The position numbers were made by a program, and so were the translations under genes. A DNA stretch of 64,000 nucleotides from an uncultured Chloroflexia bacterium (GTDB taxonomy: Bacteria; Chloroflexota; Anaerolineae; Anaerolineales; E44-bin32), in NCBI GenBank assembly GCA_963789825.1, contig CAWBME010000006.1:78612-142611 (forward strand). Direction: 5' to 3'. Positions within the stretch are counted from its first letter, which is position 1, and each line of letters opens with the position of its first letter. The notes beneath the pieces were generated by a model. It was not told the DNA's origin. It did not search any database and saw only the letters and a program-made list of their open reading frames with translations. Shown here piece by piece: positions 30,019 to 39,186 of this stretch.

Positions 30019-30232
30019 CACTCACCCTCTGCCCCCTCTGCGCGGACGGCGCACGGGTACGGCATGAACCGGGGCGGAGAGGGGGACAAGACTCGGGGGT
30101 GGGGGGAGCCGAGCTCCCCCCACCCCCCAAGGAATATCCACCCCTTCCCCTGCGGACTCCTGCGAGTCGCGGATGTCGGCGGATGCAGGGGGAGGGCTAG
30201 GGGAGAGGGTCGGACGATCACACGGTGTTTTC
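30019..30232 (-). repeat. structured intergenic repeat, copy B (inverted relative to copy A), with a nested G/C palindrome
   Basis: Reverse complement aligns with 7064-7241; carries an extra palindrome GGGGGTGGGGGGAG/CTCCCCCCACCCCC at 30095-30127, absent from copy A. Confidence 0.8.
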
Positions 30233-30241
30233 AGCAGCCTG

Positions 30242-31457
30242 CTAGTCGCCCGGTCGGGGAGCGCGACGACGTCCGCGAATCTGCGCCGGCGTGAGGTGGC
30301 CGCGCCAGCCCGGCCGCCAGCGCCACCAGAAGACCACCAGGCAGGCCAACGTCACCAGCCAAAGATCGAACAACAGACTCGGCATGCTGGACGTAGAGTC
30401 GGTCTAGCCGCAGCTTCTGGCGCGGCGTGAGGTAGTAGTCGCCGGCGACCTGTGCCAGCCCAGCCAGGCCGGGCCGCACCTGGTGGCGGTCGGCATACTC
30501 CGGCATGACCCGCAGGTACTCCAGGACCAGGACCGTACGCTGCGGCCGCGGTCCGACAAAGCTCATGTCTCCGATCAGGATGTTCAGCAGCTGGGGCAGC
30601 TCGTCGAGCGCTGTCTTGCGCAGCCAACGGCCAACGACCAACGCACGGGAATCGTCCTCGCGGGCGAGCACGGGCCCAGAGGCGTCTTCCGCACCATGCA
30701 CCATCGTACGCAGCTTCCACTGACGAAACGTCCTTCCCCCCAATCCAGCCGAGTTCTTCACGAAGAATACCGGCCCCGGTTGCTCGAACCAGATGAACGC
30801 GGCGAGCAGCAACCACAGCGGTGCGGAGATCAGCAATCCGACGGCGGCGAGGGCGATGTCAAAGGCTCGCTTGGCAGGCGACAGGCGAGGGGTGGCCAGG
30901 CCCCTTGCGGCATGTGCCTGCTGCACCGCCACCCGGACGAGGGGCGTCGGCGGGTAGTTGTCCTCCAGCAGCCCCATTTGCAGCCAGGAGGCAGCCGCCG
31001 AGCCAAGGAAGGCGCCTAGGAATGCCGTTGTCGCCGTCAGCCAAGGGGCGGATTCGCTGACGAGAAGCATCCCCAGGCCGGAGACTGCGACGCCGCCGGC
31101 GATTGCCGCCCAGCGAAAGGAAGCTGGGCGTCTGGACCAACCGAGGCCACGCAGCAGGGGTTCAAAGGCGGCGCCCGCCGCTGCACCCGCGACGACCACT
31201 ACGAGCGCTTCGAGCAGGATGCGGGTTTGTGTCAGGCTGGGAGTGAGCGAGGCCAGGTCTCCCGGCAGGGCGGAAATCACGCCGAAAGCGGGCAGCACCA
31301 TCGCACCCGACACGTCATGCCTCTGGTTGTCACGGTCAAGCCAATTCATCCGGGAGGGTCTTCTCAGGCGAGCACGATCGGCCGCGGCGCGGGTGAGGGG
31401 GATGATAACCGGGGGCACAATCGTCGTCAAACACTGCGTGGTATACTCGCCCGTCAT
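30242..31457 (-). CDS. polyprenyl-phosphate sugar phosphotransferase (WbaP/EpsL-like initiating transferase; apparent +1 frameshift near 30390)
   Basis: AKRAFDIALA..PVFFVKNS.G..GRTFRQWKLRTM..DELPQLLNILIGDMSFVGPRP; terminal helix (SLLFDLWLVTLACLVVFW) is in the +1 frame; start uncertain (31457 or 31349). Confidence 0.8.
31439..31447 (+). promoter_or_regulatory. extended -10 promoter upstream of the LCP gene
   Basis: TGGTATACT, ~78 nt upstream of ATG 31525. Confidence 0.35.
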
Positions 31458-31524
31458 CGACTCCGGCCGAGCGGTTCGTCCGTACCGGAGCCCCCGCCCC
31501 GAGCTGGAGACGACTCACCTGATC

Positions 31525-32586
31525 ATGTCTATCCGTGTGTGCGTGTACCTGTTCGCCGGGTTGATGCTGGCTGGCGTCGCCTCGGCCTGCGGGATTGCCT
31601 CGCCGTTCGGCCCCAGCCTTGAGCTGGCGACCCACACGCCGCTGCCCGCTGCGACGCAGGCGCCAGAGACGCAGGTGGCACCGCCGGTGCTGGCGCAAGC
31701 AAGCCCGTCCCCTGCGCCGAAACCAGTCTGCGGTGGGCCCCCGTCAATGCTCATCCTGGCCATCGGCGCCGACAATCGAGACAACAGCTACCTGTATGGC
31801 CTGGCAGATGTCATCCGGATGGTCCGGGTGGACTTCGTCGACCCGCAAGTGACCTCACTCTCCTTTCCGCGAGACCTCTGGGTGCGCATCCCAGGGATCG
31901 AGTCCAATTACGGCATCACGCACGGCAAGCTGAATCAGGCCTACCTCTACGGCAACCCCGGCATGGGCTACTACAGCGGTCCAGGCGCGGGTCCCGGGCT
32001 GCTGGCGCGCACGCTGGACGAGAATTTCGGCGCGCAGCCTGAGCAGTATGTCGCCGTCAACATGCAGACGTTCGTCAAGCTGGTCGATGCCGTCGGCGGA
32101 ATCGACATCTACCTCCCGGAGGACGTTGACGGCCGGCCGGTGGATGACCGCACCGAGGATATGGGCTACTTCTCGGCTGGTCAGCACCACTTCGATGGAG
32201 ACCAGGCGCTGCGCTTCTCCCGCATCCGCAAAGTTGACAACGCTTTCAAGCGCGATGAGCGCCAATCGCAGGTGCTGTGCGCGCTGAAGGAGCGGCTGCA
32301 AAGCCCCGAGATCATCGCGCGGATTCCGGCGATCCTGGCCGCTTTCACTGGATCGTTCCTGACCGATCTTGGCCTGACACAGATGACTCAGCTGGCCTGC
32401 CTACTGCCCTACCTGGACAGTGAGGACCTCATCTTCGAGGGTGTTCCCGAATCCATTCTGGTCGGCGGAAGGAACGATCGCGGTTCCTACGTGCTTACGG
32501 CGGATGAGCAGGTGGTGCGCGAGCTTGTGACGTCGTTCGCCGCCGGTACCTGGCCCACCGAACCCGACGAACCCACCTGTCCGTAA
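31525..32586 (+). CDS. LytR-CpsA-Psr (LCP) family protein, copy 1
   Basis: Signal anchor MSIRVCVYLFAGLMLAGVASAC; ADVIRMVRVDF..SLSFPRDLWV..GKLNQAY..FVKLVDAVGGIDI..ALRFSRIRK. Confidence 0.85.
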   Translation: MSIRVCVYLFAGLMLAGVASACGIASPFGPSLELATHTPLPAATQAPETQVAPPVLAQASPSPAPKPVCGGPPSMLILAIGADNRDNSYLYGLADVIRMVRVDFVDPQVTSLSFPRDLWVRIPGIESNYGITHGKLNQAYLYGNPGMGYYSGPGAGPGLLARTLDENFGAQPEQYVAVNMQTFVKLVDAVGGIDIYLPEDVDGRPVDDRTEDMGYFSAGQHHFDGDQALRFSRIRKVDNAFKRDERQSQVLCALKERLQSPEIIARIPAILAAFTGSFLTDLGLTQMTQLACLLPYLDSEDLIFEGVPESILVGGRNDRGSYVLTADEQVVRELVTSFAAGTWPTEPDEPTCP

Positions 32587-32614
32587 TCCCGCCGTCGGGG
32601 CCTGGCGGGCAGCG

Positions 32615-33451
32615 GTGCGAGGCATGCGAGAACCGAACTGGCGCGATCTCCTGCGACGGCACGGCATCCGGCCGAACAAACGCCTCGGGCAACATTTCCT
32701 GCTTGACGGCCATCGCCTCGAATCGATCGTCGATGTGGCGGACCTGCCGCCTGGCTGCCGCGTGCTGGAGATCGGCGCCGGTGTCGGGACGCTCACCTGG
32801 CATCTGGCGCATGCCGGCCATCCGGTCGTGGCTGTTGAACTGGATGCGCGCCTCGCCCCTGCGCTGGACGAGACGGTCGCCGGACTGCCGGGCGTCCGTC
32901 TGGTGTACGGTGACATCCTGATCCTGCCTCTGGAAAGCTTGCACGGCGCGCAACCCTACGCCGTTGTAGCCAACATCCCCTACGGGATCACCTCGACGCT
33001 ACTGCGCCGGCTGATGGAAGCTGAAGCACCCGCGTTTCGCGTCGTGCTCACGGTGCAACAGGAGGTGGCAGAACGCGTAGTCAGCGGACCGGGGGACATG
33101 AACCTGCTAGCGCTCAGTGTTCAGGTGTACGGTACCCCGACGATCGCCGCCGTCCTGCCAGCGTCCGCCTTCTACCCGCCGCCAGAGGTCGACTCGGCTG
33201 TTCTGCGTATCGACCGCTACCCCCAGCCCCAGGTTCCAACGGAGCGCGTCCCGCTGTTCTTCGAGCTGGCGCGGGCCGGATTCGCGCAGCGGCGCAAGAA
33301 GCTGCGCAATGCGCTGGCCTCGACTTTGCCGGCGCCGACCGAGCGCGTCGAGGCCTGGCTCGCCTCAGCGGGCCTCCCCCAGGGCGCCCGAGCCCAGGAA
33401 CTGGCGATCGAGGACTGGCTTCGACTGTGCGAGGCCGCTGAGGGCGAATAG
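32615..33451 (+). CDS. rsmA: 16S rRNA (adenine1518/1519-N6)-dimethyltransferase
   Basis: LGQHFL, VLEIGAGVGTLT SAM motif, VVANIPYGITS; start GTG 32615 or ATG 32624. Confidence 0.9.
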   Translation: MRGMREPNWRDLLRRHGIRPNKRLGQHFLLDGHRLESIVDVADLPPGCRVLEIGAGVGTLTWHLAHAGHPVVAVELDARLAPALDETVAGLPGVRLVYGDILILPLESLHGAQPYAVVANIPYGITSTLLRRLMEAEAPAFRVVLTVQQEVAERVVSGPGDMNLLALSVQVYGTPTIAAVLPASAFYPPPEVDSAVLRIDRYPQPQVPTERVPLFFELARAGFAQRRKKLRNALASTLPAPTERVEAWLASAGLPQGARAQELAIEDWLRLCEAAEGE

Positions 33452-33555
33452 AGCGGGTGGGCGATGCCTCTGCGCATCGGCCGCGCCTCAAGCCAGAGGC
33501 GCCGATTGGCGGGTCTTCGGAGGAGTCTCCACTGTTGTCCGGTCGGCCGTGGCGG

Positions 33556-34300
33556 CTAGGGGGCGGCTCCGGTGAGCGGGCGCAGGCGGCGATGGGTCCG
33601 GGCAACCTGCCACACTCGCAAGGCGGCTTCCACCTGGATGCGCAGCGACATCTTCGAGCGGCCGTAGCGACGATCCTCGAAGTAGATCGGCAGCTCGACG
33701 GGCTTGAAGCCAAGCCGATCGGCGACGTACGCCATCTCGACCTGGAAGATGTAGCCATTCGAGCGGATCTGCTCCAGCGGCATCGCCGCCAGAGTCTCCC
33801 GCCTCCACACCCGATATCCCCCGGTCGTATCGAGGACACTCAGCCGCAGGATGGCGCGGCTGTAGACGTTGCCGAAGCGTGAGAGCATCCGGCGAGCCGG
33901 GGTCCAGCGCGGGTCCAGCCCGCCGCCGGGAACGTAGCGGGACCCGAAGACCATGTCGCAGCTCTCCAGCGCCTGGAGGAAGCCGGGAAGGTACTCCGGT
34001 GCATGGGAGAAGTCGGCATCCATCTGGCCAATGGCTTGTGCGCCCTCATTCAGCGCACGCCGGAAGCCCTCGATGTAGGCCGTACCCAGGCCGAGCTTGC
34101 CAGAGCGACGGAGCACGGCCACGCTTCCAGCATGCGCTTCCCCGCTGTGGGCGGCAGCGTCGGCGGTTCCATCCGGCGAGTTGTCGTCCACCACGAGCAG
34201 CCGCAGATCGGGGAGTCCCAGCCGGAAGAGGGCGTCAATCAGTGGGCCGATGTTGTCGACGTTCGTTGTAGGTCGGGATGACGATTGTGAGCTGGCGCAT
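33556..34300 (-). CDS. GT2 polyprenol-phosphate mannosyl/glucosyltransferase (Dpm1-like; apparent +1 frameshift near 34255)
   Basis: MRQLTIVIPTYNE then, in the +1 frame, DNIGPLIDAL..LLVVDDNSPDGT..GLGTAYIEGF..MDADFSH..GSRYV. Confidence 0.8.
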
Positions 34301-34370
34301 CAGCGATGGCATTTCGGAGGACGAGAGGCTGCGGTCGCAGGGCAGGGAAGAGCCTGCGGCTGCATGGGTG

Positions 34371-35003
34371 CTAGCTGGCCAGGGCAGGCTGGACGAGGAA
34401 GCGGCATTCCTCGGCGCCGGCCGCGAAGCACGCCGTCTCGGTCACCGTCCAGGTCCGCTCACCGGCCACCAGGTTGCACAGCTCCTCGAGCGCTCCGATC
34501 ATCGCGAAGCAGATCGGGTCGCTCGCCTGACGACCCCAACAGTGAGGACAGGGGCGAGTGGCCAGCTCCAGGTTCGCGGCGACGGGTTGCACCTGGAGGT
34601 TCTGGTCGGAGACCTGCGAGATCGCCTTGGCGTAGGAGGCCAAGGCGATGGCCAAGCGCTCGGCGGGCGCCCGAGGCTGCTGAGCCAGTGCACGCAGCGG
34701 ATCCAGCGCCCCGATGTCGGCAAGCAGCCCCGACTGCCCGGGCCAAGCCGAGCGGCGCGCCATGTTGCGGCCGGCGCGGACGCCATAGATCTCCTCCAGC
34801 GCAAGCTGCAAGGCCGCGACCTCAGAGAAGTCGATCTGCCGGTCTAGATTGTCTGGGGGGTAGTGATCGATCCAGGCCTTCAGGCCCGACAGGTTGAGCA
34901 CGGCGCTGACGCCGTTCTTGCCCATCAGATCCTCAAGGGCAAGCAGCTGGCCGAGCACGGCTTTGTTGGGATGCAGATAGCCGCTTCGGGCAATGGGCGT
35001 CAC
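34371..35003 (-). CDS. V4R (4-vinyl reductase) domain protein
   Basis: C-terminal CPHCWG...ICFAMIGALEELCNLVAG..TETACFAAGAEECRF matches the Cys-containing V4R pattern. Confidence 0.65.
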   Translation of the reverse strand: MTPIARSGYLHPNKAVLGQLLALEDLMGKNGVSAVLNLSGLKAWIDHYPPDNLDRQIDFSEVAALQLALEEIYGVRAGRNMARRSAWPGQSGLLADIGALDPLRALAQQPRAPAERLAIALASYAKAISQVSDQNLQVQPVAANLELATRPCPHCWGRQASDPICFAMIGALEELCNLVAGERTWTVTETACFAAGAEECRFLVQPALAS

Positions 35004-35019
35004 GCACGCGCCTCGGACG

Positions 35020-35418
35020 TCACAGGAGCGCCGCCAGGTCGTCTGTGGCGCGGCGCATCTCCAGGAACAGCAGGCCGAGTTGGGTCTCGGGTCGCGCCAT
35101 GACCGTCAGCACCGCCTCTCGGCCAATGGCCATCAGGATGACGAAGCCGCCCTCGCCCTTGATGTACACCTGGTCGAGCATGCCCCGGCCGAGCTCGTTG
35201 GCGATGCGTTCACCGAGTGACAGCATGGCGGCCGACATGGCGGCGACGCGATCCTCTTCGATATTCTGCGGCAGGGCGGAGGCCATCGTCAGCCCGTCGA
35301 CGCTGACGATCGCCGAAGCCTCGACATCCGGGGAGGATGCGCCGAGAATGCGCAGGCGCTCGACCATGGATTCGGTGCGGGTTCTTGTCACGATGGAATC
35401 ACCTGTGGCAGGCGCCAC
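35020..35418 (-). CDS. Roadblock/LC7 (MglB-like) domain protein
   Basis: VEASAIVSVDGLTMASAL....AAMSAAMLSLGERIANELGRG.LDQVYIKGEGGFVILMAIG typical Roadblock/LC7; GTG 35418 or ATG 35367. Confidence 0.75.
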   Translation of the reverse strand: MAPATGDSIVTRTRTESMVERLRILGASSPDVEASAIVSVDGLTMASALPQNIEEDRVAAMSAAMLSLGERIANELGRGMLDQVYIKGEGGFVILMAIGREAVLTVMARPETQLGLLFLEMRRATDDLAALL

Positions 35419-36481
35419 GCCAGGCTGGGGCAGGTCGGCGCAACTCTAGCACTGCGCCAGGGGGCTGTCAAGCACGCGCCAAGGTCCGAGCCTTGTGGGT
35501 CGTCCGGTGGCTCCTGCCGGCCTCGGGTGCAATCGGGAGCCTTCCTGGGGCGAGACGACAACCCTGCATCGAACTCTGCCCTCATGGCGCCTCGCCATGG
35601 GGAGAGTGGGCGGTCTCCCTGGTGGGTCGGCCTGGCATGGGCCTGGAGGCGTGCGCCGCGCCTGCGCTGGCAACTCGCCCCTGATCCCGTAGCGGTCGAC
35701 TCGCCGGCGCACCCAGCCACCCTGGCGACGCTTCCCGCGCCCGGCGAGATCCCACTCCGCGCCGCCATCGGGCGCGGGAGGGCTGAGGGCCGGTGCTCGA
35801 TTGCCCCCAGCCGCGGCGCACTTCCAGCGCAAACCTCGGCGTGGGCACACCGTACCGTGGGTCGAGCGCGCAACGAGTCACCACCGGGTGGCAAGCTGCC
35901 GCTCGCCAAAGGTCACTCCCCAATCCAGCCGTGTCACGGTGCCTGGCACGGGCCTGCCATGGGGGAACCTTGCGGAAGGCTCGCCGACGGCTGCCGCTTC
36001 CGGCGAAGTGATCCAGCCTGCAGCGTGACCTTTCTGCATGTCCGCGTCGCGCCGAGGGAAGCCAATCGAGGCACGCCAATTGCGCCGCGATCTCGGCCAC
36101 GTTCGCGCTGCCTTGTGCGGGAGGCTGAGTGATCGGCATCTACCGTTTCCCGTTGCCTCGGGTTGAGATCCGGAAGGAGGCGGATGCTCAGCGATCCCTG
36201 CCGGGTTGCGCCAGCGCCGCCTGGTGCTGGTCAAGCCCGTGCTCGCTGCGGCTCAGGTGGAGGATCTCGCGCGGGGCCGTCACTTCCCTCGGCTTGGCTC
36301 GGAATGCCGTGCCCTCGCAGCCGATGGCTTGCTTCGTCCAGTCTGCGCCCGCAACGCCGACCAGAACAGCAGCGCGACGACGGCCTGTCGAGGGAATCAG
36401 GCGGAATGGAGTGTGGCCGCATGCACGCAGGAAACCAGCGCTCATCGCCACGCTGTCAGGACTTACCCGAGGTACCGATGG

Positions 36482-37744
36482 CTACGGTTGTCCGGGGAGG
36501 ATTGTCACGCGCTCGATGACCAGCGGTGCGGGAAGGAGCAGGTCGGCCAGCGGATCGCGCGCCGGGAGCTGCTGCAGAAGCTCAAGACCTGAGACCACCC
36601 TTCCAAAGATGGTACGGGTCCCATCGAGCTCTGGCAGAGGTTGAAGGTTGATGAAGAAGTTCGCTCCGTTGGAGTCCGGGCCTTCACTTCGCAGCGCGAC
36701 CCTGCCAGCCTCTGCGAACGACAGCTCGCCGTCGAACTCGTCGGCAAAGCGGTAGGCAGGTCCTGCCAGGCCGGTGTGGGTCGGATCTCCAGTTTCGGCC
36801 ACAGCTCCAGGCACGACGCGGTGGAAGATCGTTCCGTCGTACCAGCCCTGTCGAGCCAAGTAGATGAAGCTGCCCACCGCCTGAGGGGCGGCCGCCAAGT
36901 CCAGCTCGATCTCGATCGGGCCAAGGGTGGTTTCCAGCACCGCACGGTAGACCTGCGCCGGATCAGCCGGAGCGGGTGGACCTTGAGGCAGGCCCTGCGC
37001 CTCGGCCCGCATCAGGCGCAACAAGGCCTCTAGGTTGGTCAGGCTGGGCTGCATGGCGACGAGCTTCTGGTTCAGGAAGACCGTCGGCACACCGGTCAAG
37101 CCAGAGGCGAAAGCGGTTTCGAAATCGCGCAGGGCCTCATCGGTGTAGGTCCCCGCCTCCATAGCCTGGTCGAAGGCCTGAGGCTCGAGCGGCAGGGTGC
37201 GTGCCGCCTGGCCGAGCCACTGCCGGAATTCCTCCGGGCTGAGGTCGACCCATTCGGCGAACGCGCCGAAGAGAAGGTCATGCATCGCCCAGAACTGGCC
37301 CTGTGCACCGGCGGCCTCGGCGGCCTGGGCTGCGATCAGTGCCTTGTCGTGGACTGGCCAGAGCGGATAGGGACGGAAGACGACCTGCAGGTCCTGCGGG
37401 TGGATCGCCTGCAGTTCAGCCAGCACGCCGGCCAGCCGGTGGCAGGCGGGGCACTGGAAGTCGGAGTACACCAGCAAGGTGAAATCGGCGTTGTCCGGCC
37501 CGCGGCGCCAATCCTCCGCGTTGGTAGGGGGAATCGGCGCGGCGGTCGGAGCCGGCGGAAGGAGGGTGGGAGCTGGCGCAGTCGGTGGGAGCGTGGATGT
37601 CGGCCCCAGTCTGGCAGGCTCGACGGATGGGCTGACGCTGGGTGCCGTCGCCGGCGCGCAGGCGCACAGCAAGACCACAAGTGCTGCCAGACCCGTAAGT
37701 CGGCTGACTGAGCCGAAGGGCGAAGCCCTGGACATTCCGAGCAT
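36482..37744 (-). CDS. lipoprotein fusing a DsbA/thioredoxin-like oxidoreductase to a cyclophilin-type peptidyl-prolyl isomerase
   Basis: Signal LAALVVLLCAC; YSDFQCPACH thiol-disulfide motif; C-terminal GPIEIELD...WYDGTIFHRVV..GD..G.G....F.DEF........G.VA......PDSNGANFFI cyclophilin; start moved to ATG 37744 because the longer ORF overlaps tRNA-Sec. Confidence 0.8.
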   Translation of the reverse strand: MLGMSRASPFGSVSRLTGLAALVVLLCACAPATAPSVSPSVEPARLGPTSTLPPTAPAPTLLPPAPTAAPIPPTNAEDWRRGPDNADFTLLVYSDFQCPACHRLAGVLAELQAIHPQDLQVVFRPYPLWPVHDKALIAAQAAEAAGAQGQFWAMHDLLFGAFAEWVDLSPEEFRQWLGQAARTLPLEPQAFDQAMEAGTYTDEALRDFETAFASGLTGVPTVFLNQKLVAMQPSLTNLEALLRLMRAEAQGLPQGPPAPADPAQVYRAVLETTLGPIEIELDLAAAPQAVGSFIYLARQGWYDGTIFHRVVPGAVAETGDPTHTGLAGPAYRFADEFDGELSFAEAGRVALRSEGPDSNGANFFINLQPLPELDGTRTIFGRVVSGLELLQQLPARDPLADLLLPAPLVIERVTILPGQP

Positions 37745-37874
37745 GGGGTACAAGCAGCGTTCTCCAGCCGGCTCCACGTTGATCGTTGAGCAGGATCCAT
37801 TGTAGCCGGATCTCGTGGCCCGAGACCGTGATCCTTGCCAGGCGTAGGTCTGCGCGGTATCCTTGCCCGCGTTC

Positions 37875-37968
37875 GGGGGTGGTTGGGTCCCGGTGGGCTC
37901 CCCGGTCTTCAAAACCGGCGGCGGGTCGCACAGCGGGCCGCGGTGGGTTCAACTCCCATCCATCCCCG
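37875..37968 (+). tRNA. selC: tRNA-Sec (selenocysteine, anticodon UCA)
   Basis: Hand-folded 8/5 structure: 8-bp acceptor GGGGGTGG/CCATCCCC, 6-bp D stem GGGTCC/GGGCTC with 4-nt loop CGGT, anticodon arm CCGGT-CTTCAAA-ACCGG, 8-bp variable arm with one mismatch, T arm GTGGG-TTCAACT-CCCAT, discriminator G. Confidence 0.8.
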
Positions 37969-37995
37969 CCTTTTCGTTCTCTGGAGAGAAACCGC

Positions 37996-39186
37996 GTGAG
38001 CGAAGTCCGCCCGGCATTGCCTGATGACCTGGTTGCACGACTTCTTCCTGTCGTGCAGCAGGGGATGCGCATCCATGACTCTACTGCCGGGTCGGGCAAA
38101 GGCGGATTCCTGGCGCGCTTCCGCGGCGACCTGATCCTTCCACCCGAGGAGGCGTACACCCGGATGTCAGGCGCCTTTGAGGCGCAGGGCGTGCAGCTTC
38201 TGACGCGCAACGAAGGCGGCCGCCCAGCGATCTTCGCGGTGGAGGCCCTCCCGGCCGTCAAGCGTTCGAACCCGTGGATCAACCTTGGCTTGTTCTCGCT
38301 GACCGTGTTCAGCATGTTGCTGGCCGGCGCGCTGTATGGCTACAGCGGGCCGCCGAACTTCGCCGGCGTTCTGCGGGCCTTGCCCTCTGGGATCCCGTTC
38401 GCGGCCAGCCTGCTGGCGATCCTGCTGGCGCACGAGTTCGGCCACTATCTGGCAGCCCAGGCTCACCGGTCTCCGGTTTCTCTTCCGTACTTCCTGCCGT
38501 TCCCAGGGAGCGCCTTCGGCACACTTGGGGCGTTCATTCGGCTCAAGCGTCCGCCGCGCAATCGCAATGTGCTTCTGGACATCGGCCTTGCCGGGCCGCT
38601 TGCGGGATTGGTGGTGGCGATCCCGGTGTTGCTCTACGGGCTTTCGGTCTCGGAGGTCGGGCCGCTGCCGGCCGACCCGGCGGCGCTCGGTGGGCTGGAG
38701 GGGAACTCGCTGCTCTATCTGGCGGCCAAGTGGGTGGTCACCGGCGCCTGGCTCCCGACGCCTCTGACCTATGGTGGGCTGCCCGCCGTGCTGTACTGGC
38801 TGCGCTACATCGCCGTCGGCCAGCCGCTGCCGCTGGGTGGAACCGACGTCTTCCTCAGCCCGATCGCCTGGGCGGGTTGGGCGGGGCTGCTCGTCACGGC
38901 GCTGAACCTGATTCCGGCGGGACAGCTGGACGGTGGACACCTGGTGTACGTGCTGCTGGGGGAGCGTGCCATCCGCCTGTGGCCCATCGCCGTGGGAGTG
39001 ACCTTGCTGCTCGGCCTGGTGTGGCCGGGATGGTTCCTGTGGGCGGCGATGCTCTTCTTCCTCGGGCGGGTCTACGCCACTCCGCTCGACGATCTGACCC
39101 CGCTCACTCCAGCGCGCAAGGCGCTGGCGATCTTTGGGATCGTGCTCTTCTTCCTGCTGCTCACCCCGGTTCCCCTGCGCGCCTAG
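37996..39186 (+). CDS. M50-family site-2 protease (membrane metalloprotease)
   Basis: HEFGH zinc motif in a TM helix (LLAHEFGHYLAAQ), second motif GQLDGGH, multiple TM helices; GTG start with GGAGAG SD. Confidence 0.85.
   Translation: MSEVRPALPDDLVARLLPVVQQGMRIHDSTAGSGKGGFLARFRGDLILPPEEAYTRMSGAFEAQGVQLLTRNEGGRPAIFAVEALPAVKRSNPWINLGLFSLTVFSMLLAGALYGYSGPPNFAGVLRALPSGIPFAASLLAILLAHEFGHYLAAQAHRSPVSLPYFLPFPGSAFGTLGAFIRLKRPPRNRNVLLDIGLAGPLAGLVVAIPVLLYGLSVSEVGPLPADPAALGGLEGNSLLYLAAKWVVTGAWLPTPLTYGGLPAVLYWLRYIAVGQPLPLGGTDVFLSPIAWAGWAGLLVTALNLIPAGQLDGGHLVYVLLGERAIRLWPIAVGVTLLLGLVWPGWFLWAAMLFFLGRVYATPLDDLTPLTPARKALAIFGIVLFFLLLTPVPLRA

Noticed and set aside
36139-36190. Selenocysteine read-through of the TGA ending the 36188-36451 ORF, which lies 1.4 kb from selC and in the same frame as the ORF starting at 36139.
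   Set aside because: Translating through the TGA gives ASASFRISTRGNGKR and then an in-frame TAG at 36140-36142, before the next ATG. Simple UGA recoding therefore does not join the ORFs.
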